Assembly: GCA_964582965.1 (NCBI GenBank)
Contig: CAZOUN010000004.1
Span: 923-64,922, forward strand
Source: an uncultured Anaerolineales bacterium
Lineage (GTDB): Bacteria > Chloroflexota > Anaerolineae > Anaerolineales > UBA11858
Direction: 5' to 3'
DNA length: 64,000 nucleotides
Translations under genes and position numbers: made by a program
Shown: positions 19,496 through 27,843 of the stretch, in pieces
Layout of the letters: each line of letters starts with the position of its first letter
Numbering within the stretch: position 1 is the stretch's first letter
The notes under the pieces: model-generated
What the model saw: the letters and a program-made list of their open reading frames with translations, nothing else
Told to the model about the DNA's origin: nothing
The model's database searches: none

Positions 19496-20781
19496 TTGAG
19501 TTTTCCCGATGCACGGTCTTCGAGAATAGAATGCATCTTTTCCATATCTTTCGGAAAATAAAAAATTCCAACTCCCAGTATTACAGCTGTAATCAACCAG
19601 GCAGTAAGGCTGATGGTCAAGAGCGCTGTGTGGAGTGATGATATTACGCTGATAGCGCCAGCCAGGAGGGGAGCAAAAGCGGAGCCGATATTTCCCAGGA
19701 AATATTGTATTGAAGTAGCTGTGCTGCGGACTTCCGGAAGAACAACATCATAAACTGATGTGGCTATATTGGGAGAAGCCAGTGGGATAAAGAAACAGGT
19801 AATTGATAGTAAAATCCGGAAAGCAAAAACTTTCTCTACGGGTATGGCAAGTGTGATAGTCAAGAAAATTGCCCCTAAAACGATTCCGGCAATAGATACG
19901 ATCAATCTGCCTGTCTTGAATTTTTTATAAGCTAGATCACCAAATAATCCTCCCAGAAAATAACCAGCCCCTATCATAAGAACTGCCGGAACCATGGTTA
20001 ATGATATCAAATCGGGTCCGTAATTCCTTTCTACTTCGAGGTACCGGAAAGACCAGAAAGTGATCACCTGCCAAGGAAGCACGCCAAACAATCCTTGAAG
20101 ATATAAATATCTTAAGCTGCGTATCTTCAATAAATCGGGAATATTTTTCCACTGAACTTTGGCTGGCTCTAGTTCGCTGATTGAAGAAAGCAGTGGTTCG
20201 CTTGATCCTCTGGGAGTGTCTTTTACTCCAAAATATATCAGGAGTGCCAGAATAACCCCAAGTGTTCCTGTAAATAAGTAGATCGTCCTCCAACCATACC
20301 TGGGGGAGAACTTTAACGCTAGTAGTAAACCGAGCAAATAACCCAGGGGGATAGAAAGTTGTAAAAAACCGAAGATCCTGGAACGCTGATTCGGTGGAAA
20401 ATAATCAGAAATCAAGGTGCCAATGCCGGGATAGCTGGAATCGTCAATTCCTGTAGAGGCTCTTGAAATGAGAAAAAATCTAGCAGTAGGCGCGATTGCG
20501 CTTAGCCAGGTAGTGATTCCCCAGATAAGGGAAGCAAGTGAAAGTAATTTTGGTCGGGCATATCGATCATAAAGGAAACCCCAGATCGGATAAAAAATAC
20601 TACCCAGAATCAACGAGCCAGTTATAATTCCGCCCATTTGGACTTCGGTTAGATTGAACTCTTCCATGATAGGGGATGTTAATGGGCCGATGAGCAATCG
20701 ATCAGTCTGGTGGAGAAGCATAAAAAGAAAAAATATTGCAACAGCTGACCAACGTTGGCGGTTGTTTTTCAAATTACCCAT
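19492..20781 (-). CDS. MFS transporter, Spinster-like
   Basis: About 12 TM helices, TM1 HQTDR, motif A GFLYDRYARPK, TM4 SRASTG. Confidence 0.8.
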   Translation of the reverse strand: MGNLKNNRQRWSAVAIFFLFMLLHQTDRLLIGPLTSPIMEEFNLTEVQMGGIITGSLILGSIFYPIWGFLYDRYARPKLLSLASLIWGITTWLSAIAPTARFFLISRASTGIDDSSYPGIGTLISDYFPPNQRSRIFGFLQLSIPLGYLLGLLLALKFSPRYGWRTIYLFTGTLGVILALLIYFGVKDTPRGSSEPLLSSISELEPAKVQWKNIPDLLKIRSLRYLYLQGLFGVLPWQVITFWSFRYLEVERNYGPDLISLTMVPAVLMIGAGYFLGGLFGDLAYKKFKTGRLIVSIAGIVLGAIFLTITLAIPVEKVFAFRILLSITCFFIPLASPNIATSVYDVVLPEVRSTATSIQYFLGNIGSAFAPLLAGAISVISSLHTALLTISLTAWLITAVILGVGIFYFPKDMEKMHSILEDRASGKLN

Positions 20782-20786
20782 TTTTC

Positions 20787-21506
20787 CTATAGGATTTCAA
20801 GATAGATACGTTTGTTTTCGCGACCTTTGCTTTTGTAATCATTGATTCTGACCAAGCCGACTTCGTTTGTATTTTTGACATGGGTCCCCCCATCTGCCTG
20901 CAGATCCAGCCCTTCAATCTCTACTACCCGAACTTCAGCAATTTGTTTAGGAAGAAGGTTGATTTTCGTACGAATCAAATCTGGAATCTGAAAGGCTTCG
21001 GCTCGAGGAATGCTTCGCCAGGAGATTGACAATGATTTGCTAATCTCAGCATTAACGGAATCTTCAATAACTTGGACAAGTTCTTTTTGAAGAGAGGCAA
21101 ATTCAAAATCCATTCGACCCTGGAGGGGGGCCATATTTCCTCCAGTGACAGAAGCGCCATAATCACGGAAAATTGTGCCGCACAGGATATGCATAGCGGT
21201 GTGAGTGCGCATCAATTGATATCGTAATTCCCAATCCAGCATAAAATTTTGTGTGGACCCAAGTTCAGGAAGAGATATTTCTGGCGGTATAAAATGAACA
21301 ATCTGGCCAGAGACAACTTTTACTTTCAAAATAGGCGTTGAGCCTGACGGTGAAATTAACGACCCCTTGTCGTTTGGCTGACCGCCGCCTCCGGGATAAA
21401 ATGCGGTCCGGTCTAGAATAAATCCGTGGTTTTCCAAATCGTGTTTGATGAGTTTGGCTGAAAATTCGTGAAGGTAGCTGTCATCATGATAAAGTTTTAG
21501 TGTCAT
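20787..21506 (-). CDS. alaX: Free-standing alanyl-tRNA editing protein (AlaX-M)
   Basis: LDRTAFYPGGGGQPND, HTAMH and DGGTH motifs. Confidence 0.92.
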   Translation of the reverse strand: MTLKLYHDDSYLHEFSAKLIKHDLENHGFILDRTAFYPGGGGQPNDKGSLISPSGSTPILKVKVVSGQIVHFIPPEISLPELGSTQNFMLDWELRYQLMRTHTAMHILCGTIFRDYGASVTGGNMAPLQGRMDFEFASLQKELVQVIEDSVNAEISKSLSISWRSIPRAEAFQIPDLIRTKINLLPKQIAEVRVVEIEGLDLQADGGTHVKNTNEVGLVRINDYKSKGRENKRIYLEIL

Positions 21507-21595
21507 TGAATAGCTCCTCTTTAACGAAGGCCTGGATTAAACAACACCCGAACACAGTTGCGTTCAGGCGTGGAGAATGTTTATGAATTCCACAT

Positions 21596-22777
21596 TTAGT
21601 GAATTAAACCAAGTTCTTTTCCTACTTTCTCGAGGATGACCAAAACTTGATCAAGTTGTTCGTCTGTGTGTGTTGCCATATAACTCGTCCGAAGAAGCTG
21701 TCTGCCTGGAGGAGTAGCCGGACTAATGATAGGATTAACAAAAACGCCGTTTTCGAAAAGCAATTTCCAGGTTTGCAGCGTGAGAAGATCGTCACCGATA
21801 ATAATAGGGATTACTGGTGTTTCTGAACAACCGATATCAAATCCGAGAGTTTTGTATTCTTCACGCATACGATCAGCAATTTTATTCACTCGCTCTATTC
21901 GTTCTGGTTCACGGCGTATGATGTTAAGTGCTGCAATGACGGCAGCAGCATTGGGGCCTGGAATAGAGGCGCTAAATATCAATGAGCGAGCATTATGTTT
22001 AACAAAATCGATTACATCTGCGTCGCCTGCCAGGTATCCACCAATGGAGGCGAATGATTTACTGAATGTTCCCATTATCAGATCGACATCATCTGTCACG
22101 CCGAAATGGGCAGCTGTTCCCCGGCCGCCGCCAAGAACACCAACTGCATGCGCGTCGTCAACCATTAAACGCACTTCGTATTGTTTGCAGAGGGGGATAA
22201 TCTCTGGCAAACGGGCGATATCACCTTCCATGCTGAAAAGACCATCGACTACTAGCAACTTTCCTTTGTCAGCGGGAAGTCGGGACAATTTACCTTCTAG
22301 ATCCTCCATATCATTGTGCTTGTAACGGATTAATTCTCCGTAACTCAACCTGGCGCCATCAACAATGCTGGCGTGGTCTTCCCTGTCCAAAATGACATAT
22401 TCCTTTCTGCCAACCAGTGAACTGATCGTGCCAAGATTGACTTGCATTCCCGTTGAAAATACCAGTGCCTTATCTTTTTGGACCCAGTCGGCCAACTCGT
22501 TTTCAAGACGTTCGTGCAGCTCCAGTGTGCCATTAAGAAACCTGGAACCCGTGCAACTGCTGCCAAAGCGGGAGATAGCTTCTCTGGCGGCTTCCTGGAC
22601 CTCTGGGTGAGTAGTCAGACCGAGGTAGTTATTTGAACCGCACATAATTAGACTTTTGCCCTTATACTTAGCGATAGTTCCTTCGCTTTCAGTTAGCGGG
22701 ATAAAATAAGGATAGAGACCAGAAGCCTGTGCATCGCGGGCAGCGGAATAATTTTTGCATTTTGTAAAGATATCCAT
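21596..22777 (-). CDS. spt: PLP-dependent alpha-oxoamine synthase, most similar in pattern to serine palmitoyltransferase
   Basis: SNNYLGL, GSRFLNGT, DHASI, DDAH and GTFSKS (PLP Lys) motifs; N-terminal YPYF; SPATP loop. Confidence 0.72.
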   Translation of the reverse strand: MDIFTKCKNYSAARDAQASGLYPYFIPLTESEGTIAKYKGKSLIMCGSNNYLGLTTHPEVQEAAREAISRFGSSCTGSRFLNGTLELHERLENELADWVQKDKALVFSTGMQVNLGTISSLVGRKEYVILDREDHASIVDGARLSYGELIRYKHNDMEDLEGKLSRLPADKGKLLVVDGLFSMEGDIARLPEIIPLCKQYEVRLMVDDAHAVGVLGGGRGTAAHFGVTDDVDLIMGTFSKSFASIGGYLAGDADVIDFVKHNARSLIFSASIPGPNAAAVIAALNIIRREPERIERVNKIADRMREEYKTLGFDIGCSETPVIPIIIGDDLLTLQTWKLLFENGVFVNPIISPATPPGRQLLRTSYMATHTDEQLDQVLVILEKVGKELGLIH

Positions 22778-22890
22778 AAAAAGAATCCTGTTAAATAGTA
22801 TAAATAGGAAAGAATAAGTGGTGTTATGAATGTAATTTTGCGTAATAATGTGGGTTTAGCAAGCTGTCAGTTATTAGCAAGGTGTGTTGC

Positions 22891-22919
22891 TTGACACAGT
22901 TATACCATTATGTTAACCT
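22891..22919 (+). promoter_or_regulatory. Putative sigma70 promoter for the roadblock-V4R-GT2 operon
   Basis: TTGACA (22891-22896), 17-nt spacer ending TGT (extended -10), TAACCT (22914-22919). Confidence 0.5.
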
Positions 22920-22978
22920 TTTTTAGGTAATTTTAGTACTCATGAAAAATCGCGGCATCATAGCAGGGAGAGTGACAA

Positions 22979-23350
22979 TTGCCTGGATCACGATCCAAAC
23001 AAATGGTTGAAGAATTGAAAAAATTGCAAATATCATCACCTGATATTCAGGCATCCGCAGTAGTAAGTGTTGATGGATTGATCATTGCCTCAGCGCTGCC
23101 GGGAAGTGTTGAAGAGGATCGTGTATCTGCTATGTCCGCCGCTATGCTGTCATTGGGGGAGAGAATATCTATAGAACTCCGGCGAGGTGGATTGGATCAG
23201 GTATATATCAGGGGAGATAATGGTTATGTTATGCTGACTTCAGTGGGGCAAGAGGCGGTACTAACTGTTATGGCAAGTGTCAATGCAAAACTTGGGCTGA
23301 TATTCCTGGACATAAAAAGGACCGCCGAAAAGTTGTCTGAATTGATCTGA
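22979..23350 (+). CDS. Roadblock/LC7 (MglB-like) protein
   Basis: SAVVSVDGLIIAS...DRVSAMSAAML.LGE...LDQVYI.G..GYV pattern; TTG start after AGGGAG. Confidence 0.9.
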   Translation: MPGSRSKQMVEELKKLQISSPDIQASAVVSVDGLIIASALPGSVEEDRVSAMSAAMLSLGERISIELRRGGLDQVYIRGDNGYVMLTSVGQEAVLTVMASVNAKLGLIFLDIKRTAEKLSELI

Positions 23351-23366
23351 TAGGTTTGTCTAGACC

Positions 23367-24002
23367 ATGAAAATTATTCCTGATAGTGGATATTTCAATA
23401 CAAATAAATTTGCCAGAATTTATCTCGAATCAATAAGGGAAATTACTGGCGATAATGGATTAAAAGCAATTCTGAATTTTGCGCATCTGCCGGATTTATG
23501 CGAAACATTGCCACCGGATAATTTGGAAAGAGCGTTTGATTTTTCCTATTTTTCTATGATTAATCAGTCACTGGAAGAGATATATGGAGAAAGAGGAGGA
23601 AGAGGGTTATCTTTGCGAATTGGGAGAACCACTTTTGATGATGTGCTAAAGGATTATGGAGCGCTAGCTGGTGTAGGAGATTTAGCATTTCGATTACTGC
23701 CGCTGGAAAAAAAGATCAGATTTGGACTAAATGCAATGGCCAGGATCTTCTCTGAAAAAAGCGATCAAAAAACTTCAATTGAAGAGACGAATGATCATTT
23801 TTTGTATCTAGTTGAGCGCTGCCCAGTTTGTTGGGGAAGAATTAATGAGGACCACCCCGTCTGTTATTATGTTGTGGGTTTGCTGAAAGAAGGGCTGCAT
23901 TGGGTTTCTGGGGGGAAGGAATTCAGCATAACGGAAACCCGTTGTATTGCCCGTGGAGATGAAATTTGTGAGTTCAGAATATTAAAATCACCAATAGAGT
24001 GA
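23367..24002 (+). CDS. V4R (4-vinyl reductase-like) domain protein
   Basis: CPVC...CYY..GLL...ETRCIARGDEICEF V4R signature. Confidence 0.88.
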   Translation: MKIIPDSGYFNTNKFARIYLESIREITGDNGLKAILNFAHLPDLCETLPPDNLERAFDFSYFSMINQSLEEIYGERGGRGLSLRIGRTTFDDVLKDYGALAGVGDLAFRLLPLEKKIRFGLNAMARIFSEKSDQKTSIEETNDHFLYLVERCPVCWGRINEDHPVCYYVVGLLKEGLHWVSGGKEFSITETRCIARGDEICEFRILKSPIE

Positions 24003-24022
24003 GACATGAAACAGGCAAAGCT

Positions 24023-24745
24023 ATGATTAAATCGATAGTTATCCCCACTTATAACGAAAAAGATAATTTACCGCTGATCGTTGCTTCCTTATTTGAACTT
24101 AATATTCCGGATTTACACATCTTGATTGTTGACGATAATAGCCCGGATGGTACTGGGAATATAGCAGAGGGCCTTAAACAGCAATATTCAGATAAATTAT
24201 CCGTTTTGCATAGAGAAGGGAAAAAAGGTCTCGGTACGGCATATTTGGAAGGATTTAAATACTGTCTTGATCGAGGTGCAGACCAGATAGTGCAAATGGA
24301 TGCTGATTTTTCCCATAACCCGAAGAAAGTAATCAATCTCCTGGATGGGCTAAAAGAAAATGATATGGTTTTAGGATCCAGATACATTTCCGGTGGAAAA
24401 CTGGATGATAGATGGGCTGCCTGGCGTAAAGGGTTATCATCGTTTGGAAATTTCTATACCAGGATGATTCTAAGGATGCCTATTCTCGATGTGACTGGTG
24501 GATTTCGAGCCTGGAGGAGGAATACCTTGCTGGGAATTCCTTTGGAACGCGTAAGGTCCCAGGGTTATGCATTTCAGGTTGAGATGGCATATATCACTCA
24601 TTTATCCGGGTATTCAATCAAAGAGATACCAATTTACTTTGCAGATCGAACAAGGGGAGATTCAAAGATGTCCTTGAATATTCAATTAGAAGCGGCTCGT
24701 CGTGTTTGGTCGATTTTATACGAATACCGGGATCTTAAAAAGTAA
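24023..24745 (+). CDS. Polyprenol-monophosphomannose synthase-like GT2
   Basis: IVIPTYNE, VDDNSPDGT, GLGTAY, QMDADFSH, DVTGGFR and GYAFQVE motifs. ATG 24023 preferred over GTG 23999. Confidence 0.9.
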   Translation: MIKSIVIPTYNEKDNLPLIVASLFELNIPDLHILIVDDNSPDGTGNIAEGLKQQYSDKLSVLHREGKKGLGTAYLEGFKYCLDRGADQIVQMDADFSHNPKKVINLLDGLKENDMVLGSRYISGGKLDDRWAAWRKGLSSFGNFYTRMILRMPILDVTGGFRAWRRNTLLGIPLERVRSQGYAFQVEMAYITHLSGYSIKEIPIYFADRTRGDSKMSLNIQLEAARRVWSILYEYRDLKK

Positions 24746-24751
24746 CCAACA

Positions 24752-24788
24752 AAAAAACAGGCCGCGATATTAATTTGGCCTGTTTTTT
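24752..24788. terminator. Bidirectional intrinsic terminator between convergent operons
   Basis: AAAAAACAGGCC-N13-GGCCTGTTTTTT. Confidence 0.85.
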
Positions 24789-24810
24789 GATTTAAGTAGT
24801 CGGTTCTTAT

Positions 24811-25344
24811 CTAATCAGAGTCCATTCTCTCCAGGATGCTGTAAAGAAGTTCAAGAAGTGCATTTTTGACCGATTCTTTATCGGTGGCTGTGCATGGAAG
24901 AAGCTTGACGTCGGATGCAAGCCGAAGAGCTATGCGCATGTCTTCGGGATCCCAGGCATCTTCTAAATCCTGTTTATTGGCGGTCACTACATAGGGAGTT
25001 GGTGCATAAGCCCGGAAAGTTTCAAGAATGCGCCGGGCTTCTCTGAATGTTTCAGGCCTAGAACTGTCCACCATAACGACAAAGCCTAACATACCTTCGG
25101 AAAGTATTTCCCACATGAAATCAAATCGTTTCTGGCCGGGAGTTCCAAATAGGTATAAAACGAGATCGTCATCAACTGTGATCCTGCCAAAATCCATAGC
25201 AACCGTTGTGGTCTCTTTGATCCTTTCTGATTCAGAAGAAATTTTGCGTTCGGTGGCAACCACGTCAATTTCACTCACGGTTTGAATGAATTGAGTTTTA
25301 CCAGAGCTAAATGGACCGGTGACAACCATTTTAACGGTTTGCAT
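24811..25344 (-). CDS. MglA-like small GTPase
   Basis: G1 GPFSSGKT, G2 TTTVAMDF, G3 GTPGQ, G4 NKQD. Confidence 0.9.
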   Translation of the reverse strand: MQTVKMVVTGPFSSGKTQFIQTVSEIDVVATERKISSESERIKETTTVAMDFGRITVDDDLVLYLFGTPGQKRFDFMWEILSEGMLGFVVMVDSSRPETFREARRILETFRAYAPTPYVVTANKQDLEDAWDPEDMRIALRLASDVKLLPCTATDKESVKNALLELLYSILERMDSD

Positions 25345-25384
25345 AGGGTACTTCCCTTTGGGGCGATAATAACAAATTCAAAAC

Positions 25385-26203
25385 TTATAAAGAGCGTATC
25401 CGGGTGATAAGCCTGTTAACGAGAGATTTCTGTTGTTCCGCTCCTTCTACGGGGAGAGTAGGAACTTTTGGAGTAGGTGGAGCAACACCTTCTGGGCGAA
25501 TGATCTCAACCAGACCAGCCTGGATCAGACTGTAGACAATCCTTCTAAATTCAAAGTCTTCGAGTTTTGTGGTTTTGGCAATTTGTTTCATGGAATTTTT
25601 AGGATTTATGAATGAAACAACTCGCCATTCTTTAACGCTAAGATTGACATTCCGGATATTTGTTCCAGGAGTTTCGGTGAATTTTAAAGCCATATCGAGG
25701 CTGGGAAGTTCATCTTGCAGGCGTTCCATTTCTTGCAGTTGGCGAGAGCCTTCGATAATGATATTTTCGAGGCTTATTAAAAGAGAAATCTTGTCAGCAG
25801 CCGGTTCAAGATTATTTTCGAAATGAAAAATACCTTCTTCCCAGGAGAAGAGGTCGTTGGCTGTGGAAACAAATTCGTTTTTTAGGCTGTTAAGGATTTC
25901 GTCCTGGGTGACATAATTGGAATTAATTAGCATCAACCCCAATTCTTTATCGCCGATATTATTAGCTTTGTCTTTGATAACCTGATATTGTTTGTCGGTA
26001 AGTTTTTCGCTGCGGAGTAGAACAGAAGCCAGTCCATGGTCTTTTTTGTTGTTTTGCGCATAGCTTAACTTGCCAGCATCAAACGAGATCGATGCGGCTT
26101 TTTCAGGACCGTGGACCTGAAGGGTGCCAGTCTTTTTTGCCAGACTGATTAGATTTAAAAGCTGAGAAAACGAAAAGTCTCTCAGATTCCCTTTTAATGC
26201 CAT
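25385..26203 (-). CDS. DUF4388 (PatA N-terminal-like) domain protein
   Basis: ALKGNLRDFSFSQLLNLISLAKKTGTL start and FSWEEGIFHF motif. Confidence 0.85.
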   Translation of the reverse strand: MALKGNLRDFSFSQLLNLISLAKKTGTLQVHGPEKAASISFDAGKLSYAQNNKKDHGLASVLLRSEKLTDKQYQVIKDKANNIGDKELGLMLINSNYVTQDEILNSLKNEFVSTANDLFSWEEGIFHFENNLEPAADKISLLISLENIIIEGSRQLQEMERLQDELPSLDMALKFTETPGTNIRNVNLSVKEWRVVSFINPKNSMKQIAKTTKLEDFEFRRIVYSLIQAGLVEIIRPEGVAPPTPKVPTLPVEGAEQQKSLVNRLITRIRSL

Positions 26204-26367
26204 TAATACCCCAATTGGATTTGAATACCTATGGGATTATACATTTAAGCAAGTTATCCGTCAAACAAATGATGTTTGCATAACTGCAAAATGTGATGAA
26301 GATTTGTCTAAAGCCAAAGAGTGCTTAGGCGTCTTATGATGAAATGATGTAGAATTGGCGGATTGGC

Positions 26368-26396
26368 TTGACACACCTATCATCTCTGTTTATAAT
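26368..26396 (+). promoter_or_regulatory. Consensus sigma70 promoter of tRNA-Asn
   Basis: Perfect TTGACA-N17-TATAAT followed by a GC-rich CTTGCCGC discriminator, 17 nt upstream of the tRNA. Confidence 0.85.
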
Positions 26397-26413
26397 CTTG
26401 CCGCAGTAAAAAT

Positions 26414-26485
26414 TCCCCGGTAGCTCAATGGTAGAGCAATCGGCTGTTAACCGATAGGTTGCAGGTTCGAATCCCGCCCGGGGAG
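26414..26485 (+). tRNA. tRNA-Asn(GTT), CCA not encoded
   Basis: Acceptor stem TCCCCGG/CCGGGGA, D-arm TAGCTCAATGGTAGAGC, anticodon arm ATCGG-CTGTTAA-CCGAT, T-loop GGTTCGAATCC. Confidence 0.97.
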
Positions 26486-26488
26486 CAG

Positions 26489-26519
26489 AAAAAACACTTT
26501 CTTGCAGAAAGTGTTTTTT
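26489..26519. terminator. Bidirectional intrinsic terminator after the tRNA
   Basis: AAAAAACACTTTC-TTGCA-GAAAGTGTTTTTT, between the tRNA and the convergent MATE-like gene. Confidence 0.88.
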
Positions 26520-26523
26520 TGTT

Positions 26524-27843
26524 TTAAGCAGGATAGCTAATTTTTCGAACTGCGGATCTGATTTTTATTTTTAGCCATACGGCCTGGCAAGCCATCCCTA
26601 AAGAAAAACCGAGAATGCCCACATAAATCCCTGGATATTTTCCTTGTAAGATTCCAGCAATATAAGTAACTATTGTGATCAACAAGAAAATGCCTACCGC
26701 TTCTGGGATTCCCTTTGTGTCTCCTGATTGGAGCAGTATTCCCTGATACCAGCTTTGAAGTGCGTTGGCGCCTGGAATCAACAAGCTGAACCAGAGAGCT
26801 ATGTTTCCCAGATTGATCAATGTGGCCGGGAGAGCTGATATTTTTAAATAATAAAATGTGGAAAGAGGAGTGATCGTAATGATGAATAAGAGGATAGATG
26901 TTACAAAAGTTATGATAAAAGCAAATTTCTTCAGCATTCGATAAGAGCTTTGGTTGTGGAGCATAGTGACAACGACTTCGTTATATGCAATTCCCGGCGC
27001 CCGGAAGATGAAAAGCAAACCCGACATTATCGGCCAAATAGCAAGGGAGTCCAACGCCATCGGCATCCTGCTTAATGCCATACTGATCAGGGGTTGTGAT
27101 ATCAGTGTGATTAGTGAAGTAAGTGCCAGAGGTATGTAGTAACGCAAAAATGAAGCTTTCGTAAGACCGGGATTGGCTACCGGTTCATGGAGGAGCTGGT
27201 TGTTTATAACGGGCTTTACTTTTATGCCAATAAAAATGGCCTCACTGACAACTCCAGCTGCAACGGCTGATGTAGCTACGATAATACCCGGGATTGAACC
27301 AATGAGATAACCTGCTATGAGAACTATTACATCAGCAGCAAGTCTGATAAAGGTGCCCTGACCAACGATAATTGAATGGCCGAATCGGATTAAGACTCCC
27401 TGGTTAAACCGTCTGTAAGCGATCGACCATGTCCAGGGGATCATTATTGCCAGGCCGTATCTGGCTGGCAGGATTATCTCTTCTGGGGAGCCAATGATCT
27501 GTCTGGTTATAAAGAAGTATAACGGAGTGCTGACAACGATAATGTGGAGTGCTGTCAATAACCCAGCGGTCGTATTCATAAACTTGCGAATTTTTCTATA
27601 TGATTCCCAGTCTTTGCTTAAGGCTGTAGAAGCTGCTAGCAGCATGATTATGGGGGCTTCAATAATCAAGGCCAAAGGAAAGACGATTCCACCATATGCG
27701 GCTAAATTAATTTTAGGATCAGCGAGTCTTGCAACAACGGCACTCAGCGCTGGTAATTCAAGGGCCATCAATAACCAGCTGAGTGCTAACGGCCACCAGG
27801 TGACGAATATACTTATTAGAGTGGTTTCCGGCTTTTTATCCAA
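26524..27843 (-). CDS. MATE/MOP-superfamily membrane protein (ANKH-like pattern)
   Basis: About 12 TM helices in two internally repeated halves (WWPLALSWLL / YIPLALTSLI). Confidence 0.65.
   Translation of the reverse strand: MDKKPETTLISIFVTWWPLALSWLLMALELPALSAVVARLADPKINLAAYGGIVFPLALIIEAPIIMLLAASTALSKDWESYRKIRKFMNTTAGLLTALHIIVVSTPLYFFITRQIIGSPEEIILPARYGLAIMIPWTWSIAYRRFNQGVLIRFGHSIIVGQGTFIRLAADVIVLIAGYLIGSIPGIIVATSAVAAGVVSEAIFIGIKVKPVINNQLLHEPVANPGLTKASFLRYYIPLALTSLITLISQPLISMALSRMPMALDSLAIWPIMSGLLFIFRAPGIAYNEVVVTMLHNQSSYRMLKKFAFIITFVTSILLFIITITPLSTFYYLKISALPATLINLGNIALWFSLLIPGANALQSWYQGILLQSGDTKGIPEAVGIFLLITIVTYIAGILQGKYPGIYVGILGFSLGMACQAVWLKIKIRSAVRKISYPA

Noticed and set aside
20890-20910. 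AlaX DGGTH instead of CGGTH
   Set aside because: I recall this Cys-to-Asp zinc-ligand variant as common in AlaX-M proteins, so it is not remarkable.
21596-22777. Annotation as bioF or kbl
   Set aside because: Not preferred, because the YPYF and PATP motifs and the absence of bio/tdh neighbours fit SPT better. Not excluded without phylogeny.
26414-26523. tRNA-Asn as an island integration site
   Set aside because: It is followed directly by its terminator and a transporter gene; I saw no duplicated tRNA 3' end and no integrase.
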